A stretch of 48,712 bases of DNA from a virus. Below are positions 1 through 9,287 of this stretch, piece by piece. Made by a program: the position numbers and the translations under genes. The notes under the pieces were generated by a model. That model worked only from the letters and a program-made list of their open reading frames with translations. It did not search any database and was not told the origin of the DNA. The stretch lies in UHGV virus genome UHGV-1370921. One strand, written 5' to 3'. Position 1 is the first letter of the stretch; every line of letters begins with the position of its first letter.

Positions 1-10
1 GTTTTTTTTT

Positions 11-661
11 TTATAAATCCAAAAGTGTCGTAACCTGGCTGGCAACATTCGTTGCGGCTGTCTTCACATTGATGTAACCACGCTCAATCAGTCCTGATAT
101 GGATGTACTGGAAACATCGTTACTGTTCAGCTGATACTGTGCCGGTTGTGAACCGTTCGCCACACGGTCAAGCGTGACAATCTGCTGTAGTTCAGCAACA
201 AATATCAGTCCATTCTCATTCTCAGGGTCTTTAGAGCGCCCGATACGCCGAATGACCATATTGTTCAGCGTGATTTCGCCCGTATCCACTGTGAATACCT
301 GACCGGAGTACATGAAATCGAGCAAAGTGTTCAGTGTTGTACTGGAACGAGTTTCATTTGAGCCGCTCAACCACCCTGCGAATAGACCAGCACCTGCGGC
401 AATAAACGGATTGTCATCGACGAGATTCGTCAACGCCCCGGTAAAATCAGTGATACTAACTTTCAGTGGGTTGTTCGATACCGCACCCGTCATCGTGTAA
501 CGAATAGGTTGGTAAATGATATGGTCCGCAATTGGCGTACCTGTTTCAATAGGGTACTGCACGATATCCACGCTGGCATCAAGGTCATCAGACAGGACGG
601 CATCGAACTGAAGCGACCCAAGCTGTGGACCGCGCTTTACCAGAAGGTTAATTAAACTCAT
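11..661 (-). CDS. tail/baseplate hub-region protein (hypothetical structural)
   Basis: 216-aa ORF at the distal end of the tail operon, after the tape measure and transglycosylase genes. Stop TAA at 11-13. Role inferred from position only. Confidence 0.4.
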   Translation of the reverse strand: MSLINLLVKRGPQLGSLQFDAVLSDDLDASVDIVQYPIETGTPIADHIIYQPIRYTMTGAVSNNPLKVSITDFTGALTNLVDDNPFIAAGAGLFAGWLSGSNETRSSTTLNTLLDFMYSGQVFTVDTGEITLNNMVIRRIGRSKDPENENGLIFVAELQQIVTLDRVANGSQPAQYQLNSNDVSSTSISGLIERGYINVKTAATNVASQVTTLLDL

Positions 662-2082
662 AACATGTACGCCTTACCTTGTCTGAATCGTTCCTCAACA
701 CGCCGCCACACGTCACCGACAGTAATGTAACCTTTATGGTCCGTGTCAAGTCCTGCGTTCTGATTGTACGCTCTGGAAGGTGATGTGTACATCACGGTAG
801 TGGAAGGTTTACCGATGAATGCCGGACTAAATACAGCCATGTACACATCACCCATTGTTTTGTAACGCCCTTTGTACTGATTGAGATAATCAGTAATCGG
901 ACCCTTCACCTGTTCGGCTGCAGTCATTGACAGGATGATATTTTTATTACGACCATACTTACTCTGAAACGCACTCGTCCAGCCGGCATTAGTAAACTGA
1001 ATCAGTCCTACCGCGCCGGATTTGCTGTTTTTTGACTGTGGGTTGAAGTTAGACTCAGCAGAGATTACAGCCATAATCCAGTTAGGACTGATACCCAGAC
1101 TTTGCCCAAGTTTACGCACCTCAGTACGGAAATCCTGTTGCTGACTGGCATCCTCACCCTGCACACCCACGCGACCGTAAATAAGACGATTACCAACGTC
1201 AGCATTTGCCGTGGTGGTATCCATTGACCCGGCGCGCACAGCTTTGACAAATGTGTACCAGTCGGGACCGTGTGTATCGCCGGTATGCTGAATGGTCTGA
1301 ACGTTCCAGTCACCTTCCAGTTTAGCGTCGACGGTTGTCTGGAACTCCACCGCGCCGAAATCGAATTTAGGCCATTTTGACTCGATATTGAGCACCGATG
1401 CGGGTGTCATACGGGGGTCAAGACGCATTTTAACGTCACAGAATACGCCATCAATGCCGCCGTGAAGCGTGGGTGCGTCAATCATCCCGGTGGCGGAACT
1501 GATTTTGATGGGCGTGGCTTTACGGTCATCAGATGGAAATCCGACGAACACCTGTCCGGCGTACAGATGCCATTCGAAGCCATATGCTTTGGCCAGAATG
1601 TCAAGTTCCTTACTGATATCGGAGCTGACGTTATAGCCCCCAGCCATGACAATAGAGGTAAATTTATCCACACTATTGACAAGATATAGTGGTTTCGACC
1701 AGTCCTGTGCGAGACTGGTCAAGACGTCAAACAATGTCACCCCCTTACCGAAACTCGCACTCGTTGTCCCACCGTCGAGCACGTTGCTACCGCTGCGACA
1801 CGTCACACGTGTGATAATATCGGTACCGTCACGAATAGTGAAAACATTGGTGACAAATCCGGTAAAAATCTGACCCATACGCGACTGATACCCGGCGCGA
1901 AAAACAACGGTCTGGTTCGGTTCAATCTTCGTTGTCGGTGCGAGGTTCCACAAGCGAAACTCACAGGTGCTCAGGCTGTCGCCGGTATACGTTGTTACAT
2001 CGAACGAGCACCGGAGCATCGGGTACGACTGCGTAATGAAATTCTTCGTATCAATGAGTATTTCATACTGGCGCAAATCCAT
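658..2082 (-). CDS. tail protein with lytic transglycosylase (SLT-like) domain
   Basis: 474 aa. Contains ISAESNFNPQSKNSKSGAVGLIQFT, matching the SLT catalytic-Glu motif. Lies directly downstream of the tape measure gene. 4-nt overlap with the next ORF. Confidence 0.55.
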   Translation of the reverse strand: MDLRQYEILIDTKNFITQSYPMLRCSFDVTTYTGDSLSTCEFRLWNLAPTTKIEPNQTVVFRAGYQSRMGQIFTGFVTNVFTIRDGTDIITRVTCRSGSNVLDGGTTSASFGKGVTLFDVLTSLAQDWSKPLYLVNSVDKFTSIVMAGGYNVSSDISKELDILAKAYGFEWHLYAGQVFVGFPSDDRKATPIKISSATGMIDAPTLHGGIDGVFCDVKMRLDPRMTPASVLNIESKWPKFDFGAVEFQTTVDAKLEGDWNVQTIQHTGDTHGPDWYTFVKAVRAGSMDTTTANADVGNRLIYGRVGVQGEDASQQQDFRTEVRKLGQSLGISPNWIMAVISAESNFNPQSKNSKSGAVGLIQFTNAGWTSAFQSKYGRNKNIILSMTAAEQVKGPITDYLNQYKGRYKTMGDVYMAVFSPAFIGKPSTTVMYTSPSRAYNQNAGLDTDHKGYITVGDVWRRVEERFRQGKAYML

Positions 2083-2084
2083 TG

Positions 2085-3437
2085 TCAGTAACTCCTTTGC
2101 CGGGTCTGGTCAATTGCCTGTGGATACACCTGTGTCTCAAGATGATTCACGGTATAACGACCAATTGCATTACCGTCCAGTATCACGTCACCCTGTGTGG
2201 TGAAATTGCCGTTAAGCTGAATCGGACGGTTTATGGACTCCATAATCTGAGTCAGTTGCTGACTTTGCTGTGCGTAATTGTTGGTCACCGGACTTGCTTC
2301 GGCACTGTATGAACCGTCGTTGGTTATACTTTTATCTTTCGTCGGTTGCTGCCACACAAATGATTGATACGGTTTATCTTCCGGCTTCCGGGTGTAGTCG
2401 TAATCTGGTTTTGATGGATTATTCTCGGCGCTAAAAGACCTCCCAATATCACGGGTATCGAATCCTGTTTTCTCCTTGATCCACTCCGCTGTATTATTGG
2501 CACTACCAACAATATATTTATCATACCAGTTACCACTTATGATATCCGTCGGTAAATCAGGGTGTGCTTTCAGCCAGTTTGTAAAACCCGTGGCAGCAGA
2601 CAGGAAACTATCGGACAAGGTTTTGATGCTGGGTGCGAGAACATCTGCAATAGTGTTACCCAGTCCTTCCATTTTCTGTTGAGTGTCAATTATGGTCTGA
2701 TTGATCGCATCCAGTGCCGCATTATGTTTCTCGGTGTAACCCAGTTCAGCGGCACGGGCTTTTGACACTTCCAGCGTTGTAGCGCCGAACTCCTGCCACA
2801 CTCTGACGGTAGCCGGGTCGAGACCTAAAATATCCGCTACGTTGCTCTGACGCGTCGTATCGAGGCGCTGGAACTGCCCGGCGATGTCGCTGTAAATATC
2901 TTCGCGTGTACGCCCGGTGGGATTATCGACACGAATTCCCGCAACCGCCAGTTGCTGAATCATCCCGGCATCACCGGTCTGAATACGGTTAATCCCACGC
3001 TCGATATTTAAAAGGCTATTTGTCGTTGCTTGCCGGTCACCTCCACGCTGTTCAGCCAGTGCGCCAAGTCCGTAAACCTCAGATGGTCCGAACTGACTGG
3101 TTGCAAGCTGGTTGTTCAGGTCGTAAGCCTGTTGTGCTTTCTTCGATTCAAACGCCCACGCTGCGCCGACACCCGCAGCAACACCGGACATCGCAAGTCC
3201 GGCACCTTTGAATGTGGCGACCAGACTCATGATGCGTGATTTTGAATTTTCTACACCGGTTTTAACACCCTGGTCGAGCGACTTGCCGACATCGTCCATC
3301 TGACCACCGGTTTTCTCCGCCGATTTGCCGAGATTGTCAATGTCTTTTTCAGCCTGTTCAGCACCTTTACCATCGTAAGAGATGCCGAGACCGATGAGGA
3401 ACTGAGTGATGATATTAGCCATTATTCGGGCACCCAC
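2085..3437 (-). CDS. tail tape measure protein (short)
   Basis: 450 aa with Ala/Gly/Gln-rich low-complexity helical regions and an N-terminal hydrophobic segment. Sits after the chaperone pair, the canonical tape measure position. Confidence 0.5.
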   Translation of the reverse strand: MGARIMANIITQFLIGLGISYDGKGAEQAEKDIDNLGKSAEKTGGQMDDVGKSLDQGVKTGVENSKSRIMSLVATFKGAGLAMSGVAAGVGAAWAFESKKAQQAYDLNNQLATSQFGPSEVYGLGALAEQRGGDRQATTNSLLNIERGINRIQTGDAGMIQQLAVAGIRVDNPTGRTREDIYSDIAGQFQRLDTTRQSNVADILGLDPATVRVWQEFGATTLEVSKARAAELGYTEKHNAALDAINQTIIDTQQKMEGLGNTIADVLAPSIKTLSDSFLSAATGFTNWLKAHPDLPTDIISGNWYDKYIVGSANNTAEWIKEKTGFDTRDIGRSFSAENNPSKPDYDYTRKPEDKPYQSFVWQQPTKDKSITNDGSYSAEASPVTNNYAQQSQQLTQIMESINRPIQLNGNFTTQGDVILDGNAIGRYTVNHLETQVYPQAIDQTRQRSY

Positions 3438-3718
3438 AGAAGATGGTTGTCGACGCCGAGGTTGTCAATGGTTACCTCATCGCCCACAAAGAAGAAGCGA
3501 CCCAACCCGGCGCGGTATGCTTTACTGACCTCAGCATTTGGGACAAGCATTGCACCTGTGATGTAGTTGATACCATCCTGTGAGACAGTCATTGTCCACG
3601 CGGGCTTGTCGGTATAGCTGATGTAATCCAGCGCAAAGTCGAGAACGTTATCGCCCAGCTTGACCGTGAAGGTCTGATGAGCGTTAGCCGCGCCATTATT
3701 TAGGGGAATTTCTTGCAT
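3422..3718 (-). CDS. hypothetical tail-associated protein
   Basis: 98-aa ORF between the chaperone pair and the tape measure gene. Its start overlaps the end of the frameshift extension. Confidence 0.35.
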   Translation of the reverse strand: MQEIPLNNGAANAHQTFTVKLGDNVLDFALDYISYTDKPAWTMTVSQDGINYITGAMLVPNAEVSKAYRAGLGRFFFVGDEVTIDNLGVDNHLLWVPE

Positions 3719-4279
3719 TGTTCATCGCCTCGATATACTTACCCTGCAATTCATCCATCGCAAAGTGAAATTGTTCGACTTCAGCAAGCGATATTGTACC
3801 ATCTTTTAACTGCGCCCATGTACAAAGAGGTGGACACACTCCCTCGATACCCGTGCAAACCCGCATAAAGTACCAGTTAACCGGGCTGGGCCGCCCGGTG
3901 TCCCTTACTCGTCTTTGTTTGCGTTTTGCACGTAATCGAAAAAATCAGCATAAACCCACAGGAACAATTCTGCCAGCAGAGTGTTTAGCGTCATCATCTT
4001 ACCAGGAAAATCATTCACTGTGATTTTAGTGTTAGTACCAGCCGTCATTGCTTTACTCAGAAGTACATCGGTAATACGTTGCTTGATGTGATGCGGTACA
4101 GCAGTGAGCAACAGGGTTACATCTTTGACACCGAGTTCGCCGCCGTTTTTGTAAACGTTGGCGGCATGTGCGATAAACTGTGCGCTCACCAGGGATAATA
4201 GTTCGTCCTGCTCGATTGCGGAAGGCATCGCGGCGTTTACGGTGATGTCGCCAGCGGTAAAAGTTTTAATGAGTGACAT
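3696..4279 (-). CDS. tail assembly chaperone -1 frameshift fusion product (GT/E'-like)
   Basis: The -1 frame is open from 3944 to the stop at 3696-3698. Slippery site T_TTT_TTC lies on the minus strand at 3938-3944, with zero-frame codons gat ttt ttc. The extension translates as FFRLRAKRKQRRVRDTGRPSPVNWYF...AEVEQFHFAMDELQGKYIEAMNNARNSPK. Confidence 0.5.
3905..4279 (-). CDS. tail assembly chaperone (G/E-like), zero-frame product
   Basis: 124-aa acidic protein upstream of the tape measure gene. RBS GGAGAAATAAG precedes the ATG. Contains the slippery heptamer T_TTT_TTC near its 3' end. Confidence 0.5.
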   Translation of the reverse strand: MSLIKTFTAGDITVNAAMPSAIEQDELLSLVSAQFIAHAANVYKNGGELGVKDVTLLLTAVPHHIKQRITDVLLSKAMTAGTNTKITVNDFPGKMMTLNTLLAELFLWVYADFFDYVQNANKDE

Positions 4280-4307
4280 TCTTATTTCTCCGGTTGTTAG
4301 TCGTTAC

Positions 4308-4336
4308 AGTGTACCCCTGACGAAATCATCAATCAA
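4308..4336 (-). promoter_or_regulatory. sigma70-like promoter for the downstream tail genes (TTGATT-N17-TACACT)
   Basis: Minus-strand reading: TTGATT, a 17-nt spacer containing TGATGATTTCGTCA (a degenerate palindrome), then TACACT. Back-to-back with the plus-strand promoter at 4340. Confidence 0.35.
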
Positions 4337-4339
4337 TTA

Positions 4340-4368
4340 TTGACGGACTCGTCAAGGTGGGTTATAGT
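4340..4368 (+). promoter_or_regulatory. sigma70-like promoter with palindromic -35 (TTGACGgactCGTCAA-N-TATAGT)
   Basis: TTGACG at 4340-4345, 17-nt spacer, TATAGT at 4363-4368. Member of the recurrent TGACG-N4-CGTCA promoter family. Confidence 0.55.
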
Positions 4369-4399
4369 TATCCTAGCAGAACAACAGGAGAGTAGAGAA

Positions 4400-4648
4400 A
4401 TGATTCACAAATTTAAAATTCAGTTAGCAGTCATCATGGCTGCGACAATTTACTGCAGCGGTGCCCACGCTGCACAAGGTGATCAGTTCCAGATTTATGA
4501 CGGACAGACCGACACGATTTGCACATATCATGAAAACGAATTTGGTTATGCGGAAAGTGATGACCCAGCATATATGGGTACTGGCGTTTGCTGGCGTAAA
4601 GATATGATGGATAAAGCAGACTTTCACATTCGGAGCAAAAGAAAATGA
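4400..4648 (+). CDS. small secreted Cys-containing protein (moron-like)
   Basis: 82 aa starting MIHKFKIQLAVIMAATIYCSGAHA|AQGD, a typical signal peptide with AHA-A cleavage. RBS AGGAG is 8 nt upstream. Driven by the promoter at 4340. Confidence 0.5.
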   Translation: MIHKFKIQLAVIMAATIYCSGAHAAQGDQFQIYDGQTDTICTYHENEFGYAESDDPAYMGTGVCWRKDMMDKADFHIRSKRK

Positions 4649-4794
4649 AAGTAAAAATCTTGCAGCAAGAATTAAAGGAAGACGGCGTTTTAACAACGTA
4701 CTCTAATGGTCATGTTGAAATGCTTCCGTATCTAATTGACGAAAACGGGGAAGAGTACGTTGAGATGTTCCCCAACGACATTGAACAACATTAA
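4645..4794 (+). CDS. small hypothetical protein (49 aa)
   Basis: ATGA overlap with the upstream gene. Sequence MKVKILQQELKEDGVLTTYSNGHVEMLPYLIDENGEEYVEMFPNDIEQH. Ends just before a terminator. Confidence 0.3.
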   Translation: MKVKILQQELKEDGVLTTYSNGHVEMLPYLIDENGEEYVEMFPNDIEQH

Positions 4795-4805
4795 GTATTT
4801 AGCAA

Positions 4806-4834
4806 ATAACTAAGGGGCCTGATGGCCCCTTTTC
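4806..4834. terminator. bidirectional rho-independent terminator
   Basis: aaGGGGCCtgatGGCCCCtttt. It sits between convergent units: the plus-strand genes end at 4794 and the minus-strand tube gene ends at 4837. Confidence 0.6.
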
Positions 4835-4836
4835 AT

Positions 4837-5253
4837 TTAGCTTGCCGGACCCTTACTTGGCGTCCAACTATTAAACTCGAAAATCCACTGGTCATCGGTA
4901 ATTGTCTGACCACCGCGCCCGCGCGGCCCATCGTTCACAATCACACCTTCTGCGCCGACAGCAGCATCGAGTGTGCCAATCTGAGTATAGGTCAACTCGA
5001 TATTGGCCTTACTCAGAAACAGCCCGTTGATGTACGCAGAGTCAGCCGAGCCGGGGTTGAGGTTCAGCGTGACACGACGACCCGGGTTGATGCGGTCCAG
5101 ACGAATAGCATTACCACCCAGACCACGACGTAACGCCGTGGATGCGTCAATCGGCTCGTCGGTATACGGCGGGTCAGACTCCCCGAAATCAGTAATGATT
5201 CGGCCATTAATTGTGATGACCGTGTTACTTGTGGAAAAGTTTTCTAATGACAT
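4837..5253 (-). CDS. tail tube-like protein
   Basis: 138 aa, immediately downstream of the sheath-like gene. Gly-rich beta-type composition. Role assigned by position. Confidence 0.45.
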   Translation of the reverse strand: MSLENFSTSNTVITINGRIITDFGESDPPYTDEPIDASTALRRGLGGNAIRLDRINPGRRVTLNLNPGSADSAYINGLFLSKANIELTYTQIGTLDAAVGAEGVIVNDGPRGRGGQTITDDQWIFEFNSWTPSKGPAS

Positions 5254-5266
5254 CGGTCATTCTCCA

Positions 5267-6403
5267 TTAATAAACGTCAACTGTGACATCACAGATGCGG
5301 ATGCTGCCAGCTTTGAACACACGCATGTTAATCGGTGCAGACTTGCGTGCCGCGCGGTCAGAATCGGACAGGTCGAGAATATCCGTCGCTTTGGTCAGTA
5401 CTTCAAAGCCATCGGTGTACGCTTCCAGACCGGTGTCAGGACTGGTGTATTTGCGCGGACCGAGATAACGGTTACGGATGTACTGTTTACCGACACGTTT
5501 AGCCGCACCGATGAGCGCTTCCTGACCGACCGGAGTCTGCGGAAGTTTGGTGGTCTGGTTAACGATGGTGTTGTACAGTTCCACGCGCAGAGAGTTCACA
5601 AATGCGTCCAAATCGACGATATCGGAAATAGACTCGCCGTAGGTACTGTGCGACCACGTTTGCAGCCAGCGACCGCTGTCGGTGCTACCTTGCAGGTCCA
5701 GCATGCTGTAGAATGCGCAACGTTTGGTGACCATCGCGTTCTGTTCGGTGTCGGACAGGTCTTCGGCAGCAACACCAGGAGATTTCTTGAACTCGGTATC
5801 AATGGTGCTGTTGTCAGCGCTGTAATTGACCGAGGCAGAATGCTTGATGAGCGCATAGGCTGCATACGGGTCGGTTGCATGAGCAACGGTAAACGCGTGA
5901 CGATAGCCCAGCGTGTTCAGCTTCGAACAGATGTCATCTTCGGCGTCCGGGTTGCGAATTTTAGCCACAGCCTCACCGGTCTGACTGTTCGGGAACATGA
6001 CACTGTTCTCTTCACACCAGGATGCAATCAACAATACGTTTGCCTCTGTTGCCAACACGTCTTTGGTAACGAGGGTCCAGTACCAGTAATGCTTATCGAA
6101 CGCCTTAACCAGCGTTGCTTTGATATCGGCATCATCGTCCGCGGTGGCCCATACGGTGAGTTTTGGTACCGCGGGGGTGGAGCCGAGGAATTTGGCACCG
6201 GCCTTGTACGTCTCGGTCGTGGGAGCAAAGTCAGCGGCGAGAGAAGAGGTGGAATAGTAGGTACGAACCGTGTCTTTGGTGAAACCGCTCGGGAGTTCGG
6301 AGTTTTTAGCAAACAACATCGCGGAAGCGAAGTTCGCCGTACCCAATCCCGCCGGAGAAATCCGGGTTGTGATTGGGATGATTTGTTCAACTGGAAAAGA
6401 CAT
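5267..6403 (-). CDS. tail sheath-like major tail protein
   Basis: 378 aa, the largest non-fibre tail ORF. Lies upstream of the tube-like gene and the chaperone/tape-measure block. Contractile-tail interpretation is supported by the V/W/J baseplate genes. Confidence 0.45.
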   Translation of the reverse strand: MSFPVEQIIPITTRISPAGLGTANFASAMLFAKNSELPSGFTKDTVRTYYSTSSLAADFAPTTETYKAGAKFLGSTPAVPKLTVWATADDDADIKATLVKAFDKHYWYWTLVTKDVLATEANVLLIASWCEENSVMFPNSQTGEAVAKIRNPDAEDDICSKLNTLGYRHAFTVAHATDPYAAYALIKHSASVNYSADNSTIDTEFKKSPGVAAEDLSDTEQNAMVTKRCAFYSMLDLQGSTDSGRWLQTWSHSTYGESISDIVDLDAFVNSLRVELYNTIVNQTTKLPQTPVGQEALIGAAKRVGKQYIRNRYLGPRKYTSPDTGLEAYTDGFEVLTKATDILDLSDSDRAARKSAPINMRVFKAGSIRICDVTVDVY

Positions 6404-6443
6404 TTACGAGTCCTCGTAAGTTACAGTGTGCACACGTTAACCA

Positions 6444-7037
6444 TTATATCGAAATTTCACCGGATTGATAGTTCACGCCGGGTTCGGTATCAACATATCT
6501 TAGCTGAAGCGTACCATTTTCGAAATATACCTGGTCCATACCCTCACCAATAGTGAAAGGAACGTGCATAATGTTATTCACTGTCACCGTATTCACCGCT
6601 TCGTAAAGTAGTTTAACGATGATTTGAGCACGCTGTTCGAAGTTGCTCGCCTGCAGTGCTGTCAGGTTATTAACAGGTTCAGTGCCACCCCAGCCAATCC
6701 CCTTTTGCCACAGGGGCCAGCACACGTCCGGGCGCTTGTGGCATTCCTTCAGCATTTCGGCGTACTGCATTGCCTCACCGCGGAAGAAATTAATTTCACA
6801 GGATGCGACAATCTGCGCGCGGACTTCGTACACGATAGTGTTGTTTGTACCGTCGGTCATAACGATATTTGCCTGGCCGCGTTCACGGATGCTCTGACGT
6901 GGGCGCACAGACGCGTATGGTCCGTCCGGAGACGGTCCGTTGGGGTCGGCAAGAATACACTCGCTGACGCCCGTCACGTTGAGTATATGCGGCCTGAGAG
7001 CCGCAAAGATTTCATTGTTGGTCATAGCGGTCCACAA
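6444..7037 (-). CDS. neck/tail-completion structural protein (hypothetical)
   Basis: 197-aa ORF in the neck region between the head and tail modules. Confidence 0.4.
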   Translation of the reverse strand: MWTAMTNNEIFAALRPHILNVTGVSECILADPNGPSPDGPYASVRPRQSIRERGQANIVMTDGTNNTIVYEVRAQIVASCEINFFRGEAMQYAEMLKECHKRPDVCWPLWQKGIGWGGTEPVNNLTALQASNFEQRAQIIVKLLYEAVNTVTVNNIMHVPFTIGEGMDQVYFENGTLQLRYVDTEPGVNYQSGEISI

Positions 7038-7365
7038 TTACCTTACAGTATTTACGCCACGGACGATTGTCAGTGCGAATGACTTTCCAGCGCTGACCCA
7101 GGAATACCCATTCACCATCGAGCGCGATTGAGTCGAGGTCACCATTGTTAACGTATATTTTACGTGGGTCAACGATGCGCTGACCGCCCTGACGCAGGAA
7201 ATCAATTTCCTTGTCGCTCAGTGGTTGAATGTTCACCGTGAATGCAACCGGTCCGGATGTCACGGGGGTCCAGATACCGTCCACGTATGAGCCAGATTTA
7301 CCCACGTGTGTCGCCGGTACAGATTTAAACACGTTGTCAATATGACCACGCATTGACAGACTCAT
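7012..7365 (-). CDS. neck/head-tail joining protein (hypothetical)
   Basis: 117-aa ORF overlapping its neighbours within the operon. Confidence 0.4.
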   Translation of the reverse strand: MSLSMRGHIDNVFKSVPATHVGKSGSYVDGIWTPVTSGPVAFTVNIQPLSDKEIDFLRQGGQRIVDPRKIYVNNGDLDSIALDGEWVFLGQRWKVIRTDNRPWRKYCKVIVDRYDQQ

Positions 7366-7865
7366 AAGATACCCTCATCAGGTTTTTCGTTGCTGACCTT
7401 ATACGTCACGCTTGCACGTAAAGCACCAGTGTCGATAAGTGGATTACTGGAACCCTTCCGAGCAATAGTATAAGGGCTGTTTGGGGGTTGCTGTAAATCA
7501 GTCATGTATTGCTGAACTGCACCAGCTGCAAACGCACCTACTTGCTCCAGCACCTGTTCAAGCGGCAAATCATTAGCTACACCGTGAGCAATGGTGTCCA
7601 CGATATCCTGTTTACCACTCTCCACTCCGGGGACGAGCCAGGGACGAGGAGGGATAGGTGCAGGATTACCGTACAATTTGTTATTCGGGTTACCGTAATT
7701 CAGCAATGCGCCCAGCTGTGCGTTAGTAATTCCCGAGTCAGGATGTTCACCCGCGTCCTCATGTATCCCAACAGTAACTACGCGATTACTGGCTTTAACA
7801 AATCGCCCTAGCCTGTCGCGGATGATACCTTTAGCTTTTTGCAATTCTGTAATGTTGACTGACAT
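7362..7865 (-). CDS. virion morphogenesis / tail completion protein (first gene of the tail operon)
   Basis: 167 aa ending ...LIDTGALRASVTYKV, resembling phage virion morphogenesis proteins. A TGTGATAAT extended -10 lies about 25 nt upstream on the minus strand. Confidence 0.4.
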   Translation of the reverse strand: MSVNITELQKAKGIIRDRLGRFVKASNRVVTVGIHEDAGEHPDSGITNAQLGALLNYGNPNNKLYGNPAPIPPRPWLVPGVESGKQDIVDTIAHGVANDLPLEQVLEQVGAFAAGAVQQYMTDLQQPPNSPYTIARKGSSNPLIDTGALRASVTYKVSNEKPDEGIL

Positions 7866-7915
7866 GGTGTGCCCTCATTTGTCAAGACATTATCACACAA
7901 CGTTGCACCGGTATC

Positions 7916-8203
7916 CACATACCCCGTTGAAACTCGTTCGGGGTACTTCATCGGGGTATCAAAAACTCTTTAGTTTTCTGTTACTTACTACTTATTACCC
8001 TTATACCCTTATAAAATAGTAATTAGTATAGTAGTAAGATAGTAAAAGAATGTATATAGACAATATACAAACGGTAATAAGAGGGAAGAGGGAATATAGC
8101 AGGAATGTACGGGGTTTTCGGTTATGCTCGTAAGCCTATGATTGTGAAAGCAAATTCGCCACCCCTATACCTGGGGTATTTTGGGGTAAAATGAGGTATT
8201 GAC
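7916..8203. repeat. 288-bp intergenic element copy A (hairpin + GGGGTA iterons + AT-rich core + promoter)
   Basis: About 90% identical to 21089-21376. Contains ACCCCGttgaaactcgttCGGGGT, CGGGGTA repeated at 11-bp spacing, an AT-rich TAGTA-repeat core, and ends at the TTGAC -35 box. Confidence 0.75.
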
Positions 8204-8227
8204 GAACGCGTCAGCTACTGCTACACT
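8199..8227 (+). promoter_or_regulatory. sigma70-like promoter TTGACGaacgCGTCAg-N-TACACT
   Basis: -35 at 8199-8204, 17-nt spacer, -10 at 8222-8227. RBS AGAGAGGA precedes the ATG at 8259. Confidence 0.55.
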
Positions 8228-8258
8228 AATTTTGTAAATTACAGAGAGGAATAACACC

Positions 8259-8657
8259 ATGTCATTTGCAGCTTATATTTTAAAAAAAATAAATTCTGTT
8301 CCAGAAGAGAGTGTCCCTCAAGATGTCGCACAGCCATCACAGAGACTGATACGAATTACAAAAAGTGGAAAACCAGATGGTCGAAGTCTGGCACGAGGGA
8401 AGCCCAAAACCCGGAGACGCGTATCACGTGGGGTAAGGTCGTATGAGCGTATCATCCTCCTTGACGCCCTTGAAAGAGCAAAACCAGGCGATGAATTCAC
8501 ATGGAACTGGAGAACGAAAGCAACATATTCGGACATTAAATTGCGAACTGCACAGTTAACATATGTATACAAAACCGCGTGGATATACGGACACAAGGTC
8601 TCACTTTCCGCCAGACCGGGATACATGGTGATTAAATATGTGGGCAGTAATGCATAA
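8259..8657 (+). CDS. hypothetical early protein
   Basis: 132-aa basic protein and first gene of a plus-strand island. Good RBS. Confidence 0.45.
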   Translation: MSFAAYILKKINSVPEESVPQDVAQPSQRLIRITKSGKPDGRSLARGKPKTRRRVSRGVRSYERIILLDALERAKPGDEFTWNWRTKATYSDIKLRTAQLTYVYKTAWIYGHKVSLSARPGYMVIKYVGSNA

Positions 8658-8736
8658 GTCCGGAACAGTTTTGTTCACAACGAAAGATGAATTTATCGCG
8701 CTTAACCGCGCACAACATGGCTGGAGAGTTGAAGAA

Positions 8737-9186
8737 ATGAGTGAAATGAACATTTATCTGTCACGTCCTGGTGCACGTATCCCAACGTATGCAACGTCAG
8801 GAAGCGCGTGCTTCGATATTTATGCCGTACTCGATGAACCAGTGCCAGTTTGCAACGGTGAGCCTGTAATCATTCCTACAGGGCTTAAATTTGATATACC
8901 AGTTGGGCATGCTTTGATGATTTACTCACGCAGTGGTCACGGATTTAACAGCGATGTCCGTCTGTCAAATTGTACCGGTGTCATCGACAGTGACTACACT
9001 GGTGAATTAATGGTTAAGTTGACGCAGGATGTTGACCATCATGAAGGTGTGTTCTGGGTTAATCACGGTGACCGGATTGCACAGGGGATGCTGATTCCAG
9101 TCGAACAAGTGACGTTTAAGAAAATCAATGAACCTCCCCAACAGAAAACTAACCGTCATGGTGGTTTTGGGAGTACCGGAAGTTAA
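8737..9186 (+). CDS. dut: dUTP diphosphatase
   Basis: Motifs SRSGHGF, GVIDSDYTGEL and GDRIAQ are visible. The long ORF begins at 8638 but the ATG at 8737 gives a canonical ~150-aa dUTPase, with GGAGAG RBS. Confidence 0.85.
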   Translation: MSEMNIYLSRPGARIPTYATSGSACFDIYAVLDEPVPVCNGEPVIIPTGLKFDIPVGHALMIYSRSGHGFNSDVRLSNCTGVIDSDYTGELMVKLTQDVDHHEGVFWVNHGDRIAQGMLIPVEQVTFKKINEPPQQKTNRHGGFGSTGS

Positions 9187-9287
9187 CTCACGATACCACC
9201 CTGGTGGAACGCTTGCTGTTTGGCACGGTGAGTGTTACAGTCTCCACACGGGCAACATTAAAGTTACGGATGTAGCGCCTTCACAGG

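Noticed and set aside
2-12. 11-nt poly-T at the window start as a possible homopolymer sequencing artefact or biological end
   Set aside because: It is better explained as the U-tract of the terminator whose hairpin lies at 48695-48712. Its exact length may still be imprecise.
5003-6553. 516-aa plus-strand ORF antisense to the sheath-like and tube-like genes
   Set aside because: Arg/Gly/Val-rich composition typical of an antisense shadow ORF in GC-rich coding DNA. It overlaps two well-supported minus-strand genes and has no RBS.
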